Positions 19,068 to 28,828 of a DNA stretch of 64,000 bases are shown here, piece after piece. The position numbers and the translations under genes were made by a program. The stretch covers positions 3,216,810 to 3,280,809 of the forward strand of contig OY829373.1 of NCBI GenBank assembly GCA_963691795.1, read 5' to 3'. This stretch comes from Roseovarius sp. Lineage in GTDB: Bacteria > Pseudomonadota > Alphaproteobacteria > Rhodobacterales > Rhodobacteraceae. How positions within the stretch are numbered: position 1 is the first letter of the stretch; the number at the start of each line of letters is the position of its first letter. The notes below the pieces were generated by a model. It was not told the origin of the DNA and made no database searches. It was given only the letters and a program-made list of their open reading frames with translations.

Positions 19068-19246
19068 GTTGAGTTTCGCCACTCAAGCTCTGTTTCTATA
19101 CCGCTCGGTTTCTGCCTGCGGCCTGAGCGTCGTCAGGGGGCGAGCGCACCCGCCCCGTGTCCCTTGTGTTTCGTCGGGGGCCGGACCCTGCGAGTAGCCC
19201 TGCGCCCCCTACGCATCCCCCAGGGGACGCGATCCCTTACATTTCC

Positions 19247-22200
19247 TTAGCTACACCCGCTTGTCGCGCCGCAAGTGTTGCACTTCATGCAGGTGCCGTT
19301 GCGGACCAGCGTGTAGTTACCGCAATCGCCGCATGCTTCACCTTCGTAGCCTTGCATCTTGGCCTTATCCGCCGCCGACATTCCCATGCTCACCAAGGGC
19401 GCCGCTGGGGCTGCTGCGGCCGAGGCCGCTGCCACACCACCACCGCTGGCCGTTTCCGGCACCAGTGTCTGCAACGCGCCAATCGGATCACTTGCCGTAT
19501 TCAGCGCCGTGGCACCAACTGACTGGCCGCCATTCAGAACCACAAGTTCCTGCGGCAAACGTTTGCGGAGATAACCGGTGGAACTGATCTGCTTAAGCAC
19601 TTCAAGCGATTTGTTAGCCGCGTCCTCACTCATCTCAGAGATGTTGGAGACGCCCTCTTCCTCGCCGCGGCCCAGATCATCAAAGCTGGTGCCTTCCGGC
19701 TTCACATGGGCCAAATCAGTCCGGTCGAGATAGCTAACCGCCAGCTCGCGGAAGATGTAGTCAAGGATCGACGTCGCATTACGGATCGAGTCGTTTCCCT
19801 GCACCATGCCTGCCGGCTCGAACTTGGTGAAGGTGAAGGCATCCACGAACTCCTCAAGCGGCACACCGTATTGCAGACCCACAGAGACCGCGATTGCGAA
19901 GTTGTTCATCATCGCCCGGAAACCTGCACCTTCCTTGTGCATGTCGATGAAAATCTCACCAAGCGAGCCATCACTGTACTCGCCAGTCCGCAGATAGACC
20001 TTGTGGCCCCCCACCATGGCCTTCTGGGTATACCCCTTCCGGCGATCGGGCATCTTTTCGCGATGCGTTCTGATGATCTCCTTGACGACCACCTTCTCCA
20101 CAATCTTCTCAGCCAGCACTTGCGCCTTTTCTTGCGGGGTGCCAGTTTCAAGAACCTCTGCCGCATCCTCGTCGTCCTCGACAAGCGCCGCCGCCAGCGG
20201 TTGGCTCAGCTTAGAGCCGTCACGATAAAGCGCGTTGGCTTTCACACCCAGTGACCAGCTCTTCTCATACGCCTTCTGGCAGTCCTCGATGGTGGCGTCG
20301 TTGGGCATGTTGATCGTCTTTGAGATCGCGCCTGAGATGAAGCTTTGCGCTGCGGCCATCATAGTGATGTGGCTATCAACATTGAGGAACCGTTTGCCCT
20401 TCTTACCGCAGGGGTTGGCGCAATCGAAGACCTTGTAGTGCTCTTCCGACAAGTGCGGCGCGCCCTCGAGCGTCATTGTCCCGCAGACATGATCATTTGC
20501 CGCGTCGATATCGGCTTTGGAGTAGCCAAGATGCGACAGCATGTCGAAGGTCGGATCATTCAGTTTTGCGGCTGGGATACCAAGCACGCCGGTGCAGAAC
20601 TCCTCGCCCAATGTCCACTGGTTGAAGACAAAGCGGATGTCGAAGGCAGAGCCCACGGCGTTATCCACCTTCTCAAGTTCTGCCGGGCCGAAGCCGTGAC
20701 CGGCAAGCGACGTGTGGTTGATCCCCGGTGCGTTGCCTATGGTGCCATGGCCAACGGCGTAACTCACGATTTCTTCGATCTGGGCAGAGCCGTAGCCAAG
20801 GGTCTCAAGCGCCGCGGGAACGGAGCGGTTTATGATCTTGAAGTAGCCACCACCGGCTAGCTTCTTGAACTTTACCAAAGCAAAGTCAGGCTCAATCCCG
20901 GTCGTGTCGCAATCCATCACAAGGCCGATCGTACCTGTGGGTGCAATCACCGTGGCCTGAGCGTTGCGGTAGCCGTTCTTTTCACCCAGCTTCAGAGCCT
21001 CGTCCCAGCTGGCCATGGACAGCTCAATCAGGCGGCTGTCGGGGCAGTTCTTATGGTCCAGCGGCACTGGCGCCGTGGCCAGAAACTCATAGCCTTCTGT
21101 CGCGCCATACGCCGCGTTGCGATGGTTGCGGATGACCCGCAGCATGTGATCCTTGTTCTTAGCATAGGCCGGGAAGGCCCCCAGCTCACCAGCGATCTCG
21201 GCCGAAGTGGCATAGGCCACGCCGGTCATGATTGCCGTCAAGGCAGCACACATCGCGCGGCCCTCGTCGCTGTCATAGCCATAACCCATGTTCATCAGCA
21301 GGCCGCCAATATTGGCATAACCCAGACCAAGCGTGCGCGTGTCGTATGAGTTCTGAGCAATCTCTTTGGACGGGAACTGTGCCATCAGAACTGAAATTTC
21401 CAGCGTCAAAGTCCAGAGGCGGGTGGCGTGGACATAATCCTCGGCCGCGAATGCTCCGTCTTTGTAGAAAGTCAGCAGATTCATCGACGCCAGGTTACAG
21501 GCAGTATCGTCGAGGAACATGTACTCTGAACATGGATTTGACCCACGGATCTCACCCTCTTCCGGGCATGTATGCCAAGAATTGATCGTGTCGTGGAATT
21601 GGATACCCGGATCCGCACAGGCCCAAGCGGCATGACCCACATCTTCCCACAGGTCACGAGCCTTGATGGTCTTGGCCACTTTCCCGTCTGTCCGGTTGAT
21701 CAGCGCCCAGTCTTCATCGTTTTTGACAGCGTTCAGGAAAGCATCTGTCACACGGATCGAGTTGTTCGAGTTCTGGCCCGACACAGACGCATACGCTTCG
21801 CTGTCCCAATCCGTGTCGTAGGTTGGGAATTCAATACTGTCGTACCCCTGACGCGCATAATCCAACACACGTTTAATGTATGTTTCAGGGATTTGTACGG
21901 TCTTTGCACCACGGATAGCGGTTTTCAGCTGTGCATTTTTAGCCGGATCAACGGCATCTTCACTGCTGCCATCCCATGCGCGGATCGCGTCGAAAATATC
22001 ATTCAGCTTCGCCTCGTGCATCTTGGAACCTGCAACGATAGACGCAACCTTTTGCTCTTCTTTGACCTTCCAATTGATGAATTCCTCAATGTCGGGGTGG
22101 TCGGCGTCACAAATGACCATTTTGGCCGCGCGCCGCGTGGTACCACCAGATTTGATGGCACCCGCCGCCCGATCCCCGATTTTGAGGAACCCCATTAGAC

Positions 22201-22936
22201 CGCTGGACTTGCCGCCGCCGGACAGAGGCTCCCCATCGGCACGCAGGGAGGAGAAGTTCGTGCCGGTTCCCGAGCCGTATTTGAACAGTCGGGCTTCACG
22301 CACCCACAAATCCATGATCCCGCCATCGCCTACAAGGTCGTCAGCGACGGACTGGATGAAACAAGCATGGGGTTGCGGATGCTCATAGGCGCTGCTCGAT
22401 TTAGTCAGATCGCCTGTCTCGAAATTCACGTAATAGTGGCCCTGGCTGGGGCCATCGATGCCATAGGCCCAATGCAGGCCGGTGTTAAACCATTGCGGGC
22501 TGTTCGGGGCTGCCATCTGGCGCGCCAACATGCACCGCATTTCGTCGAAGTAGGCTCGGGCGTCGTCCTCGGCAGAGAAATATCCACCTTTCCAACCCCA
22601 ATAGGCCCACGCACCTGCCAAACGGTCGAATACCTGTTTAGTCGAAGTCTCACCCGTTTTTTCAGTCTTGTCACTGACCGGCACAGAGCGCCAAAGGAAT
22701 TCCGGCACGCCAGGTTCTTTAACCTTTTTGAGTTTCACCGGAACGCCGGCCTTACGGAAATATTTCTGCGCGATCACATCGCTAGCCACCTGGCTCCAAT
22801 TTGCAGGAACTTCGACATCGTCGAGTTTGAACACGATCGTGCCGTCCGGGTTGCGAATCTCCGAACTCGTTTTAACAAAATCCAACTCTGCGTATGCGTC
22901 TTGGCCTGCCTTGGTAAATTTTCTTTCAATTTTCAT
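19247..22936 (-). CDS. nrdJ: class II (adenosylcobalamin-dependent) ribonucleotide reductase
   Basis: 1229 aa, RNR active-site region SNPCSEY, and a C-terminal Cys cluster [28 protein letters not shown] typical of long alphaproteobacterial NrdJ. Confidence 0.93.
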   Translation of the reverse strand: MKIERKFTKAGQDAYAELDFVKTSSEIRNPDGTIVFKLDDVEVPANWSQVASDVIAQKYFRKAGVPVKLKKVKEPGVPEFLWRSVPVSDKTEKTGETSTKQVFDRLAGAWAYWGWKGGYFSAEDDARAYFDEMRCMLARQMAAPNSPQWFNTGLHWAYGIDGPSQGHYYVNFETGDLTKSSSAYEHPQPHACFIQSVADDLVGDGGIMDLWVREARLFKYGSGTGTNFSSLRADGEPLSGGGKSSGLMGFLKIGDRAAGAIKSGGTTRRAAKMVICDADHPDIEEFINWKVKEEQKVASIVAGSKMHEAKLNDIFDAIRAWDGSSEDAVDPAKNAQLKTAIRGAKTVQIPETYIKRVLDYARQGYDSIEFPTYDTDWDSEAYASVSGQNSNNSIRVTDAFLNAVKNDEDWALINRTDGKVAKTIKARDLWEDVGHAAWACADPGIQFHDTINSWHTCPEEGEIRGSNPCSEYMFLDDTACNLASMNLLTFYKDGAFAAEDYVHATRLWTLTLEISVLMAQFPSKEIAQNSYDTRTLGLGYANIGGLLMNMGYGYDSDEGRAMCAALTAIMTGVAYATSAEIAGELGAFPAYAKNKDHMLRVIRNHRNAAYGATEGYEFLATAPVPLDHKNCPDSRLIELSMASWDEALKLGEKNGYRNAQATVIAPTGTIGLVMDCDTTGIEPDFALVKFKKLAGGGYFKIINRSVPAALETLGYGSAQIEEIVSYAVGHGTIGNAPGINHTSLAGHGFGPAELEKVDNAVGSAFDIRFVFNQWTLGEEFCTGVLGIPAAKLNDPTFDMLSHLGYSKADIDAANDHVCGTMTLEGAPHLSEEHYKVFDCANPCGKKGKRFLNVDSHITMMAAAQSFISGAISKTINMPNDATIEDCQKAYEKSWSLGVKANALYRDGSKLSQPLAAALVEDDEDAAEVLETGTPQEKAQVLAEKIVEKVVVKEIIRTHREKMPDRRKGYTQKAMVGGHKVYLRTGEYSDGSLGEIFIDMHKEGAGFRAMMNNFAIAVSVGLQYGVPLEEFVDAFTFTKFEPAGMVQGNDSIRNATSILDYIFRELAVSYLDRTDLAHVKPEGTSFDDLGRGEEEGVSNISEMSEDAANKSLEVLKQISSTGYLRKRLPQELVVLNGGQSVGATALNTASDPIGALQTLVPETASGGGVAAASAAAAPAAPLVSMGMSAADKAKMQGYEGEACGDCGNYTLVRNGTCMKCNTCGATSGCS

Positions 22937-23130
22937 GCGCTGAAGCCCCGTTTGTCAGCCGTGTCTCCCAGAGTTCAGCCAGTTCGGCCCAACCCACCTT
23001 TCAAAAAGATCCTGTCAGCGTCCAATTGACCGCCATTGACCATGTCCTGTGCCGTAAAACGGCTGCGTAACATCGTCTTTCGGCTTCACATCCAATAGAT
23101 CGGATACTGACCCTACCTTGCGGGTTGCCG

Positions 23131-23146
23131 ACACTATATATTGTGT
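23131..23146. promoter_or_regulatory. NrdR box ACACTATATATTGTGT upstream of nrdJ
   Basis: Matches the published NrdR-box consensus acaCwAtATaTwgtgt at every defined position, about 195 nt upstream of the nrdJ start. A weak second candidate, ACAAACTGACGTATGT, lies at 23164-23179. Confidence 0.7.
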
Positions 23147-23393
23147 CTTCGCCACCCTGCGCTACAAACTGACGTATGTTACCATAGGCGGTCAACGGCT
23201 TTTTTTACGATCTACCGACAAAAAAACATTGACGGTGGAAACGACGCTGATCCGCCCTCACCAGGGGAGTGATTCATCAAAGTGTTACAAAGCGGTCCCG
23301 CATGGCCGCTGGATCCGCAAAACTCCTTTGAAACCTGCCAGCTTATGGTTGTTCGAGAGCCGGGAGCGCGATGAACTATGCGCATATCCCTGA

Positions 23394-23423
23394 GTGATGC
23401 GTTAACCTTGGTTAACGCATCAC
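23394..23423. repeat. 30-bp perfect palindrome GTGATGCGTTAACC-TT-GGTTAACGCATCAC
   Basis: Read directly from the sequence: 14-bp arms and a 2-nt spacer, followed on the + strand by ACCCCTC and A10 (23431-23440). Confidence 0.9.
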
Positions 23424-23547
23424 ACCCCTCAAAAAAAAAATTACAGCCAGACTTTCCACAGACCAAGATGGCAGTTGTTGCAACAACAGCACGGGCCATA
23501 CTGTGAATCGCCGCTACATTATGCTGATGATGAAAAAGAAGTTGAAG

Positions 23548-23624
23548 TGGTCGGGGCGGCGAGATTCGAACTCACGACCCCCTGTACCCAAAACAGGTGC
23601 GCTACCAGACTGCGCCACGCCCCG
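23548..23624 (-). tRNA. tRNA-Pro (anticodon UGG)
   Basis: The reverse complement CGGGGCGTGGCGCAGTCTGGTAGCGCACCTGTTTTGGGTACAGGGGGTCGTGAGTTCGAATCTCGCCGCCCCGACCA folds as a cloverleaf. The anticodon loop is UUUGGGU, and the T-loop GGTTCGAATC-like sequence and encoded CCA are present. Confidence 0.93.
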
Positions 23625-23716
23625 GACCGTGCGCCTCTCTAGCCGGGTTTCATCGCGTTGAAAAGCGAAAATCGGCCCCTAACGCCGTGGGGCATCGAAT
23701 TGTTACACAAGCCGCC

Positions 23717-24232
23717 TCAGCAGGGCCAAGCGGCTTCGTCTTGGAAAATCGCGGGATGACGAAGTACATCCCCTTCTCCAATCCCAAAGCGCGCAGCTAC
23801 GCCACCATTCACCTCGAGGACATACATGATTCCGCGCCCACCGCTGATCAGGCGCTCAGACAAGGGTTCTGCATTTTCATGGACCTTCCGCACAAGGCCG
23901 GTTTGGTCCATAAAGATCAAGTCGAGTGGGATCAGCGTGTTTTTCATCCAGAAGCGCGCGGGATGAGGCCTGTCGTAGATAAAGAGCATACCCGCGCTTT
24001 GCGCCATGCTTTCGCGATGCATCAGACCTTGCGCACGCTTCTGATCGTCATCGGCTACTTCTACGGTGAACCGGGCTTCCCCCCAAGCACCACGAAGCTG
24101 AACCGCATTGTCCTTGCACTCGCTGGCTATGCCCGTGGCGGGCATAAATCCCAGTATGAATGCCAACAGCCCACCGCGCCAACGCGCCCCAGCCGTCAGT
24201 CTTTGTCCAGTGCAGCGCTTTCCCATCCGCAA
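23717..24232 (-). CDS. DUF192-family protein (secreted)
   Basis: Signal-like N-terminus, then GLMHRESM...GMLFIY...FWMKNTLIPLDLIF, as in DUF192. Confidence 0.8.
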   Translation of the reverse strand: MRMGKRCTGQRLTAGARWRGGLLAFILGFMPATGIASECKDNAVQLRGAWGEARFTVEVADDDQKRAQGLMHRESMAQSAGMLFIYDRPHPARFWMKNTLIPLDLIFMDQTGLVRKVHENAEPLSERLISGGRGIMYVLEVNGGVAARFGIGEGDVLRHPAIFQDEAAWPC

Positions 24233-24744
24233 ACCTCCGTCGCCATACGGCCACGCTTACCGTCTATGACACGAATGGCAAGGGCTTCTCCAGATTGCAG
24301 GTCCGCCATACCAGAACGGCGTAGTACCTCGACATGGATGAACACGTCTTCTTCGCTGCCAAATGTGTTGGCAAAGCCAAAGCCCTTGCCCTTGTCAAAC
24401 CATTTGACGCGGGCAGGCTCCAGCGGGACTTCGCGCATAGCTTCAATATCGAGGTCCTCTAGATCAGCCAACTCCGCCACGGATTCGCTTGCCGGCGGGT
24501 CGATGGCGAAGACTTCGATGACCTGAACCCCGCGCTGCGTGTGTTGCACCTCAATGTCGATGCCCGCCTGTTCAGCGACCGAACTCTGTCCAAAATTCCG
24601 CAAGACATTTGCGTGCAAGAGAATATCAGGGCCACCTGCGTCAGAGACGACAAACCCAAATCCTTTTGCCGGGTCGAACCACTTCACGCGGCCATAAACT
24701 CTCTGTGAATTTTCCTTCTGGTCCATCGAAAAGACAGGTCCCAT
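24196..24744 (-). CDS. cold-shock-domain protein with two CSDs
   Basis: Two copies of the KWFDxxKGFGF motif (GRVKWFDPAKGFGFV and ARVKWFDKGKGFGFA). The start is uncertain: TTG 24759, ATG 24744 or ATG 24726. Confidence 0.85.
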   Translation of the reverse strand: MGPVFSMDQKENSQRVYGRVKWFDPAKGFGFVVSDAGGPDILLHANVLRNFGQSSVAEQAGIDIEVQHTQRGVQVIEVFAIDPPASESVAELADLEDLDIEAMREVPLEPARVKWFDKGKGFGFANTFGSEEDVFIHVEVLRRSGMADLQSGEALAIRVIDGKRGRMATEVCGWESAALDKD

Positions 24745-24832
24745 CCTAGCATCTCGCAAGAAGGTATACTGATCAGTTCAGATTAGTTCAATCTCTGAAA
24801 ATCAATTTGTTTTCAGAGCGTTGTATTCTGTG

Positions 24833-25435
24833 TTATGGGTTTAAACGGCTGATTTCCCATGCGTTTTCAATCGCTTTTTTGCGCCAGACGAAACGATCAT
24901 GCAGGCGGAATGCACCATCAGCCCAAAACTCAATTTCGACGGGTTCGATCCGAAAGCCACCCCAGAACGGCGGTCGGGATGGATTCGTGCCCTCCCGCGC
25001 GGTAACCTTTGCCACCTCCGCCATAAGCTCAGACCGCGAATTGAGCGGCTCCGACTGGCGAGAGGCCCAAGCCCCCAGCCGGCTTTTGAGCGAGCGGGAA
25101 TTATAGTAGGCATCCGCCTCTGGCCCTTCTTCACGTACAACAGTGCCCCTAACACGCAACTGGCGGCGCAGGGATTTCCAGTGCAACACCATGGCCGCCT
25201 TGCCCGAGGCAGCCAGTTCCTGTCCCTTGGTGCTGTTGTAATTTGTGTAGAACCAAAACCCGTCATCGGTGATGTCCTTTAGCAGCACCATCCGCACATT
25301 GGGCAAACCGTCCACATCAACCGTGGACAGCGCCACCGCATTAGGATCATTAATCTCGCTATTTTCAGCCTCGGCCAGCCAGTCGCGTGCAATCTGAAAA
25401 GGGTTGTCGCCTGCGAAAATTCCGTCTCGTGTCAT
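24833..25435 (-). CDS. pdxH: pyridoxamine 5'-phosphate oxidase
   Basis: PdxH-like throughout (RMVLLKD...[11 protein letters not shown]...[12 protein letters not shown]) with the C-terminal RLxP. Start is set at ATG 25435 (MTRDG). Confidence 0.92.
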   Translation of the reverse strand: MTRDGIFAGDNPFQIARDWLAEAENSEINDPNAVALSTVDVDGLPNVRMVLLKDITDDGFWFYTNYNSTKGQELAASGKAAMVLHWKSLRRQLRVRGTVVREEGPEADAYYNSRSLKSRLGAWASRQSEPLNSRSELMAEVAKVTAREGTNPSRPPFWGGFRIEPVEIEFWADGAFRLHDRFVWRKKAIENAWEISRLNP

Positions 25436-25631
25436 GGTCAGCCTGCCAGTGATGTCGTTTGCCTCATGCCCAGCTAGGACAGCGCCGTGCGTAAGGCAAG
25501 GGTGACAGTACGGCGCAGGAATGGTGCAAGCATCACAGAATGGAATCGCAAAGCCCACCGCCTTTGCCTTGAAGCAGGCTTGGGGATCGCCTAAAGGAAC
25601 AATTTAAGATCTGACCGGATGAGGGCAAAAG

Positions 25632-26438
25632 ATGTCAAACGGATTGATGGCGGGTAAGCGCGGGCTGATCATGGGGCTTGCAAACGACAAATCCATCGCG
25701 TGGGGCATTGCCAAGGCCTGTCATGAAGCAGGGGCAGAGCTCGCATTTTCTTACATGGGCGACGCGTTCCGCAAGCGCGTAGAGCCGCTGGCGGAACAGT
25801 TGGGTGTGACCAACTTGTTTGATTGCGATGTGGGCGACCCAGCCTCGATCGACGTCGCCTTCCAAGGCATTGAGAAGGTATGGGGCAAGATCGACTTCCT
25901 TGTTCACGCCATCGGCTTTTCCGACAAGAATGAGTTGCGCGGGCGCTATGTCGACACCAGCCGTGACAACTTCCTGAACACAATGGACGTCTCAGTCTAT
26001 TCCTTCACCGCCGTGGCACAACGAGCCGAGAAAATCATGAATGACAGCGGCTCGATGCTGACACTGACCTATTACGGGGCCGAGCAGGTCATGCCCCACT
26101 ATAATGTGATGGGTGTGGCCAAGGCCGCACTTGAGGCCTCTGTCATGTATTTGGCCGAAGACTTGGGCCGTGACGGGATCCGCGTGAACGCGATCTCAGC
26201 GGGACCAATCAAAACGCTGGCAGCGAGTGGTATCGGGGATTTCCGCTATATTCTGAAATGGAACGAGTACAATTCCCCCCTACGGCGCAACGTGACGATT
26301 GAGGATGTGGGCAAATCCGCGCTTTATCTTTTGTCCGATCTGGGCAGCGGCACAACCGGAGAGGTGCTGCATGTCGACGCGGGCTATCACGTGGTTGGCA
26401 TGAAGGCCGTCGACGCCCCGGATATCGAAAAGAACTGA
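25632..26438 (+). CDS. fabI: enoyl-ACP reductase (NADH)
   Basis: GLANDKSIAWGIA N-terminus, YNVMGVAKAALE catalytic Y/K region, and GEVLHVDAGYH. Confidence 0.93.
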   Translation: MSNGLMAGKRGLIMGLANDKSIAWGIAKACHEAGAELAFSYMGDAFRKRVEPLAEQLGVTNLFDCDVGDPASIDVAFQGIEKVWGKIDFLVHAIGFSDKNELRGRYVDTSRDNFLNTMDVSVYSFTAVAQRAEKIMNDSGSMLTLTYYGAEQVMPHYNVMGVAKAALEASVMYLAEDLGRDGIRVNAISAGPIKTLAASGIGDFRYILKWNEYNSPLRRNVTIEDVGKSALYLLSDLGSGTTGEVLHVDAGYHVVGMKAVDAPDIEKN

Positions 26439-26441
26439 ACC

Positions 26442-27048
26442 ATGGACGCCGCGCATCTGCTGGCATTCAATCTTGCCCTGCTGGCTGCGATTGCCAGTCC
26501 TGGTCCTTCGCTTCTGTACCTGACCAAGACAACCCTGACCAATGGCCGTGCAGCCGGTGTTGCAGCCGCGGCAGGTCTTGCGGTGATGGCCGCGCTCTGG
26601 ACACTGGCCGCGTTGATGGGGCTCGATGGACTCTTTTCTCTCTTTCCATGGGCCTATGCAGCGCTGAAGACGCTGGGTGCGGCCTACCTGATCTGGATCG
26701 CGTTCCAGACCTGGAGACATGCCTGTGACCCGCTGCCCGAGGGCAGTGCCGTGACCTCCCGCCAGCTGGCATTTCTGTCAGGGCTTATGATCAACGTGGG
26801 AAATCCCAAATCGGTATTCTTTGCCGCCGCCATACTGGTGGTAATCTTCCCGCCAAACCTTAGCGGGCTCGAGAAATCTATTATATTTTTTAATCATCTG
26901 GCGGTTGAAATCCTTGTTCAACCCCTGCTTGCCTTCGCTGTCCACAGGTATCGTGCGCACCCGCTACCTCGCTGCGAAACCCGTGATCGACCGGCTGACC
27001 GCCGCCGTGCTGGGCGCGCTTGGATTGCGGCTATTGCTGACACGCTGA
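26442..27048 (+). pseudogene. LysE/RhtB-family amino-acid exporter with a 1-nt frameshift near 26940
   Basis: Frame 0 gives a LysE-like protein up to ...[16 protein letters not shown]. The family C-terminus [35 protein letters not shown] is in the +1 frame and ends at TGA 27046-27048. Past the shift, frame 0 reads Arg-rich nonsense into gpt. Confidence 0.65.
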
Positions 27049-27068
27049 CGCTTGAAAGGAGAACGATC

Positions 27069-27569
27069 TTGAGCTCTGACCGACTTCCCCACGAGAAAGG
27101 CTTCCACGTCAGTTGGGACCAACTGCACCGCGATGCGCGCGCGCTTGCGTGGCGTTTGCAGGGTGAAACGCCCGAAGAGGGTTGGCGCGCCGTGGTTGCG
27201 ATCACGCGGGGCGGTATGGCCCCAGCCATGATCGTCGCGCGAGAACTGGACATTCGCACGGTCGACACGATCTCGGTGAAATCCTACGACCACCAGACGC
27301 AAGGCGCAGCCGTCATCATCAAGGCCCCCGACGCAGAGCTTGTGGGCGATGGGAAGGGGGTGCTGATCGTGGATGACCTGGTGGACACGGGCCGCACCCT
27401 CGACGTGGTACGAGAGATGATGCCCAAGGCACATGTAGCCACAATCTATTCAAAGCCTATGGGACGCGACCGGGTACAGACCTATGTGACGGAAGTGAGC
27501 CAGGACACATGGATCTTCTTCCCATGGGATCTGGCGCTGCAATATGTCGAACCCTACCGCGGGACATGA
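27069..27569 (+). CDS. gpt: xanthine-guanine phosphoribosyltransferase
   Basis: Collinear with E. coli Gpt from memory ([17 protein letters not shown]...[19 protein letters not shown]...[12 protein letters not shown]...WIFFPWD). TTG 27069 is preceded by AAGGAG. Confidence 0.88.
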   Translation: MSSDRLPHEKGFHVSWDQLHRDARALAWRLQGETPEEGWRAVVAITRGGMAPAMIVARELDIRTVDTISVKSYDHQTQGAAVIIKAPDAELVGDGKGVLIVDDLVDTGRTLDVVREMMPKAHVATIYSKPMGRDRVQTYVTEVSQDTWIFFPWDLALQYVEPYRGT

Positions 27570-27576
27570 CGCGGGC

Positions 27577-28785
27577 ATGTCCGTTCGACTGACCCGCACA
27601 GCTTACACCTTCCCGCCACCTATTGTTGCCGCGCGGCGCTGGCTTGATGGCGTCACCTTTACGAGCGACCAGCCTTTGATCAATGTCAGCCAGGCCGCGC
27701 CCGCCGATCCTCCACCAGAGATGCTGCGCAAGGTGATCGCGGACGCTGCCCTCAATGAGCCAGACGCGCATTTCTATGGCCCTGTTCTCGGCCTGCCTGA
27801 ACTACGGGCTGAAATTGCGCGGCAATGGTCCGACGCCTATGGCGGCAAAATTGTTCCGGATCAGGTCGCCATTACCTCTGGCTGCAACCAGGCCTTCTGC
27901 GCAACCATGGCAGCGTTGTGCGGCGAAGCGGATGAAGTCATTCTACCAACGCCATGGTATTTCAATCATAAAATGTGGCTCGACATGACGGGTGTGGCAG
28001 CGGTGGCGCTGCTGACAGACGACAGGCTGTTGCCTGACCCAAAGGATGCCGCACGTCTGATTACCGATCGGACCCGCGCCATCGTTCTGGTCACGCCCAA
28101 CAATCCTGGCGGCGTGGAATACCCAACCGAGCTGGTGCAGGCCTTCTATGATCTGGCCAAGGCGCACGGGATCAAGCTGATCATTGATGAAACCTACCGC
28201 GATTTTGACGCACGCGAAGGCGCGCCTCATACTGTCTTTCAGAACGAGGGCTGGGCGGATACGTTGATCCACCTCTATTCCTTCTCAAAAACCTTTCGCC
28301 TGACTGGCCATCGCGTCGGCGCAGTTGTGGTCCATGCCAAAACGTTGTTCGAGATCGAAAAGTTCCTCGATACCGTTACTATCTGCCCTAGCCAACTTGG
28401 CCAGATCGCCGCCTTATGGGGATTGCAGAACATGGCACAGTGGTGCGCAGGAGAGCGGGCTGAAATTCTCGACCGGCGAGCAGCGATTGAAAAATACTGG
28501 CCGATGCTGGCTGAAAAGGGCTGGAAACTGCAAGGTCTTGGCGCGTTCTTTGCTTATGTCGAGCATCCCTTTGCCATGTCCTCTGACGATGTCGCGCCGG
28601 CATTGGTGAAAGAGGCCGGTGTCCTGCTTTTGCCGGCAACCATGTTCTACCCAAAGGATGAACCCCGCGGCGCGTCCGAATTGCGCGTAGCATTCGCCAA
28701 TATTGACAGGGCCGCGATCAAAACCCTGTTCACCCGGCTTGCCGCGTTGCCATGGCCCCTTGCCGACGCCGGTGACAGGGCATAG
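27577..28785 (+). CDS. PLP-dependent aminotransferase (class I/II)
   Basis: TSGCNQAF, PTPWYFNH, NNPGG and the PLP-lysine region YSFSKTFRLTGHRVG. Confidence 0.85.
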   Translation: MSVRLTRTAYTFPPPIVAARRWLDGVTFTSDQPLINVSQAAPADPPPEMLRKVIADAALNEPDAHFYGPVLGLPELRAEIARQWSDAYGGKIVPDQVAITSGCNQAFCATMAALCGEADEVILPTPWYFNHKMWLDMTGVAAVALLTDDRLLPDPKDAARLITDRTRAIVLVTPNNPGGVEYPTELVQAFYDLAKAHGIKLIIDETYRDFDAREGAPHTVFQNEGWADTLIHLYSFSKTFRLTGHRVGAVVVHAKTLFEIEKFLDTVTICPSQLGQIAALWGLQNMAQWCAGERAEILDRRAAIEKYWPMLAEKGWKLQGLGAFFAYVEHPFAMSSDDVAPALVKEAGVLLLPATMFYPKDEPRGASELRVAFANIDRAAIKTLFTRLAALPWPLADAGDRA

Positions 28786-28828
28786 ACACGTCCAGAAGTT
28801 TGTCTTCTTTTCAGGTGAAAGGTCACTC

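Noticed and set aside
23394-23423. Palindrome as an intrinsic terminator for tRNA-Pro or a + strand transcript
   Set aside because: On the minus strand the T-run precedes the stem. On the + strand the stem is followed by A10 rather than a T-run, and no + strand gene lies upstream.
22937-23547. Cobalamin riboswitch in the long nrdJ leader
   Set aside because: No B12-box-like sequence (the GCCACTG core with flanking conserved helices) was found on either strand. B12 riboswitches also normally control B12-independent isozymes rather than nrdJ.
23597-24526. 309-aa + strand ORF
   Set aside because: It starts inside the tRNA-Pro gene and runs antisense through the DUF192 and cold-shock genes. Its composition is not protein-like.
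26442-27569. Genuine 375-aa LysE-Gpt fusion protein
   Set aside because: The linker is Arg-rich out-of-frame sequence. The true LysE C-terminus is readable in the +1 frame with its own stop at 27048, and gpt has its own RBS and TTG start.
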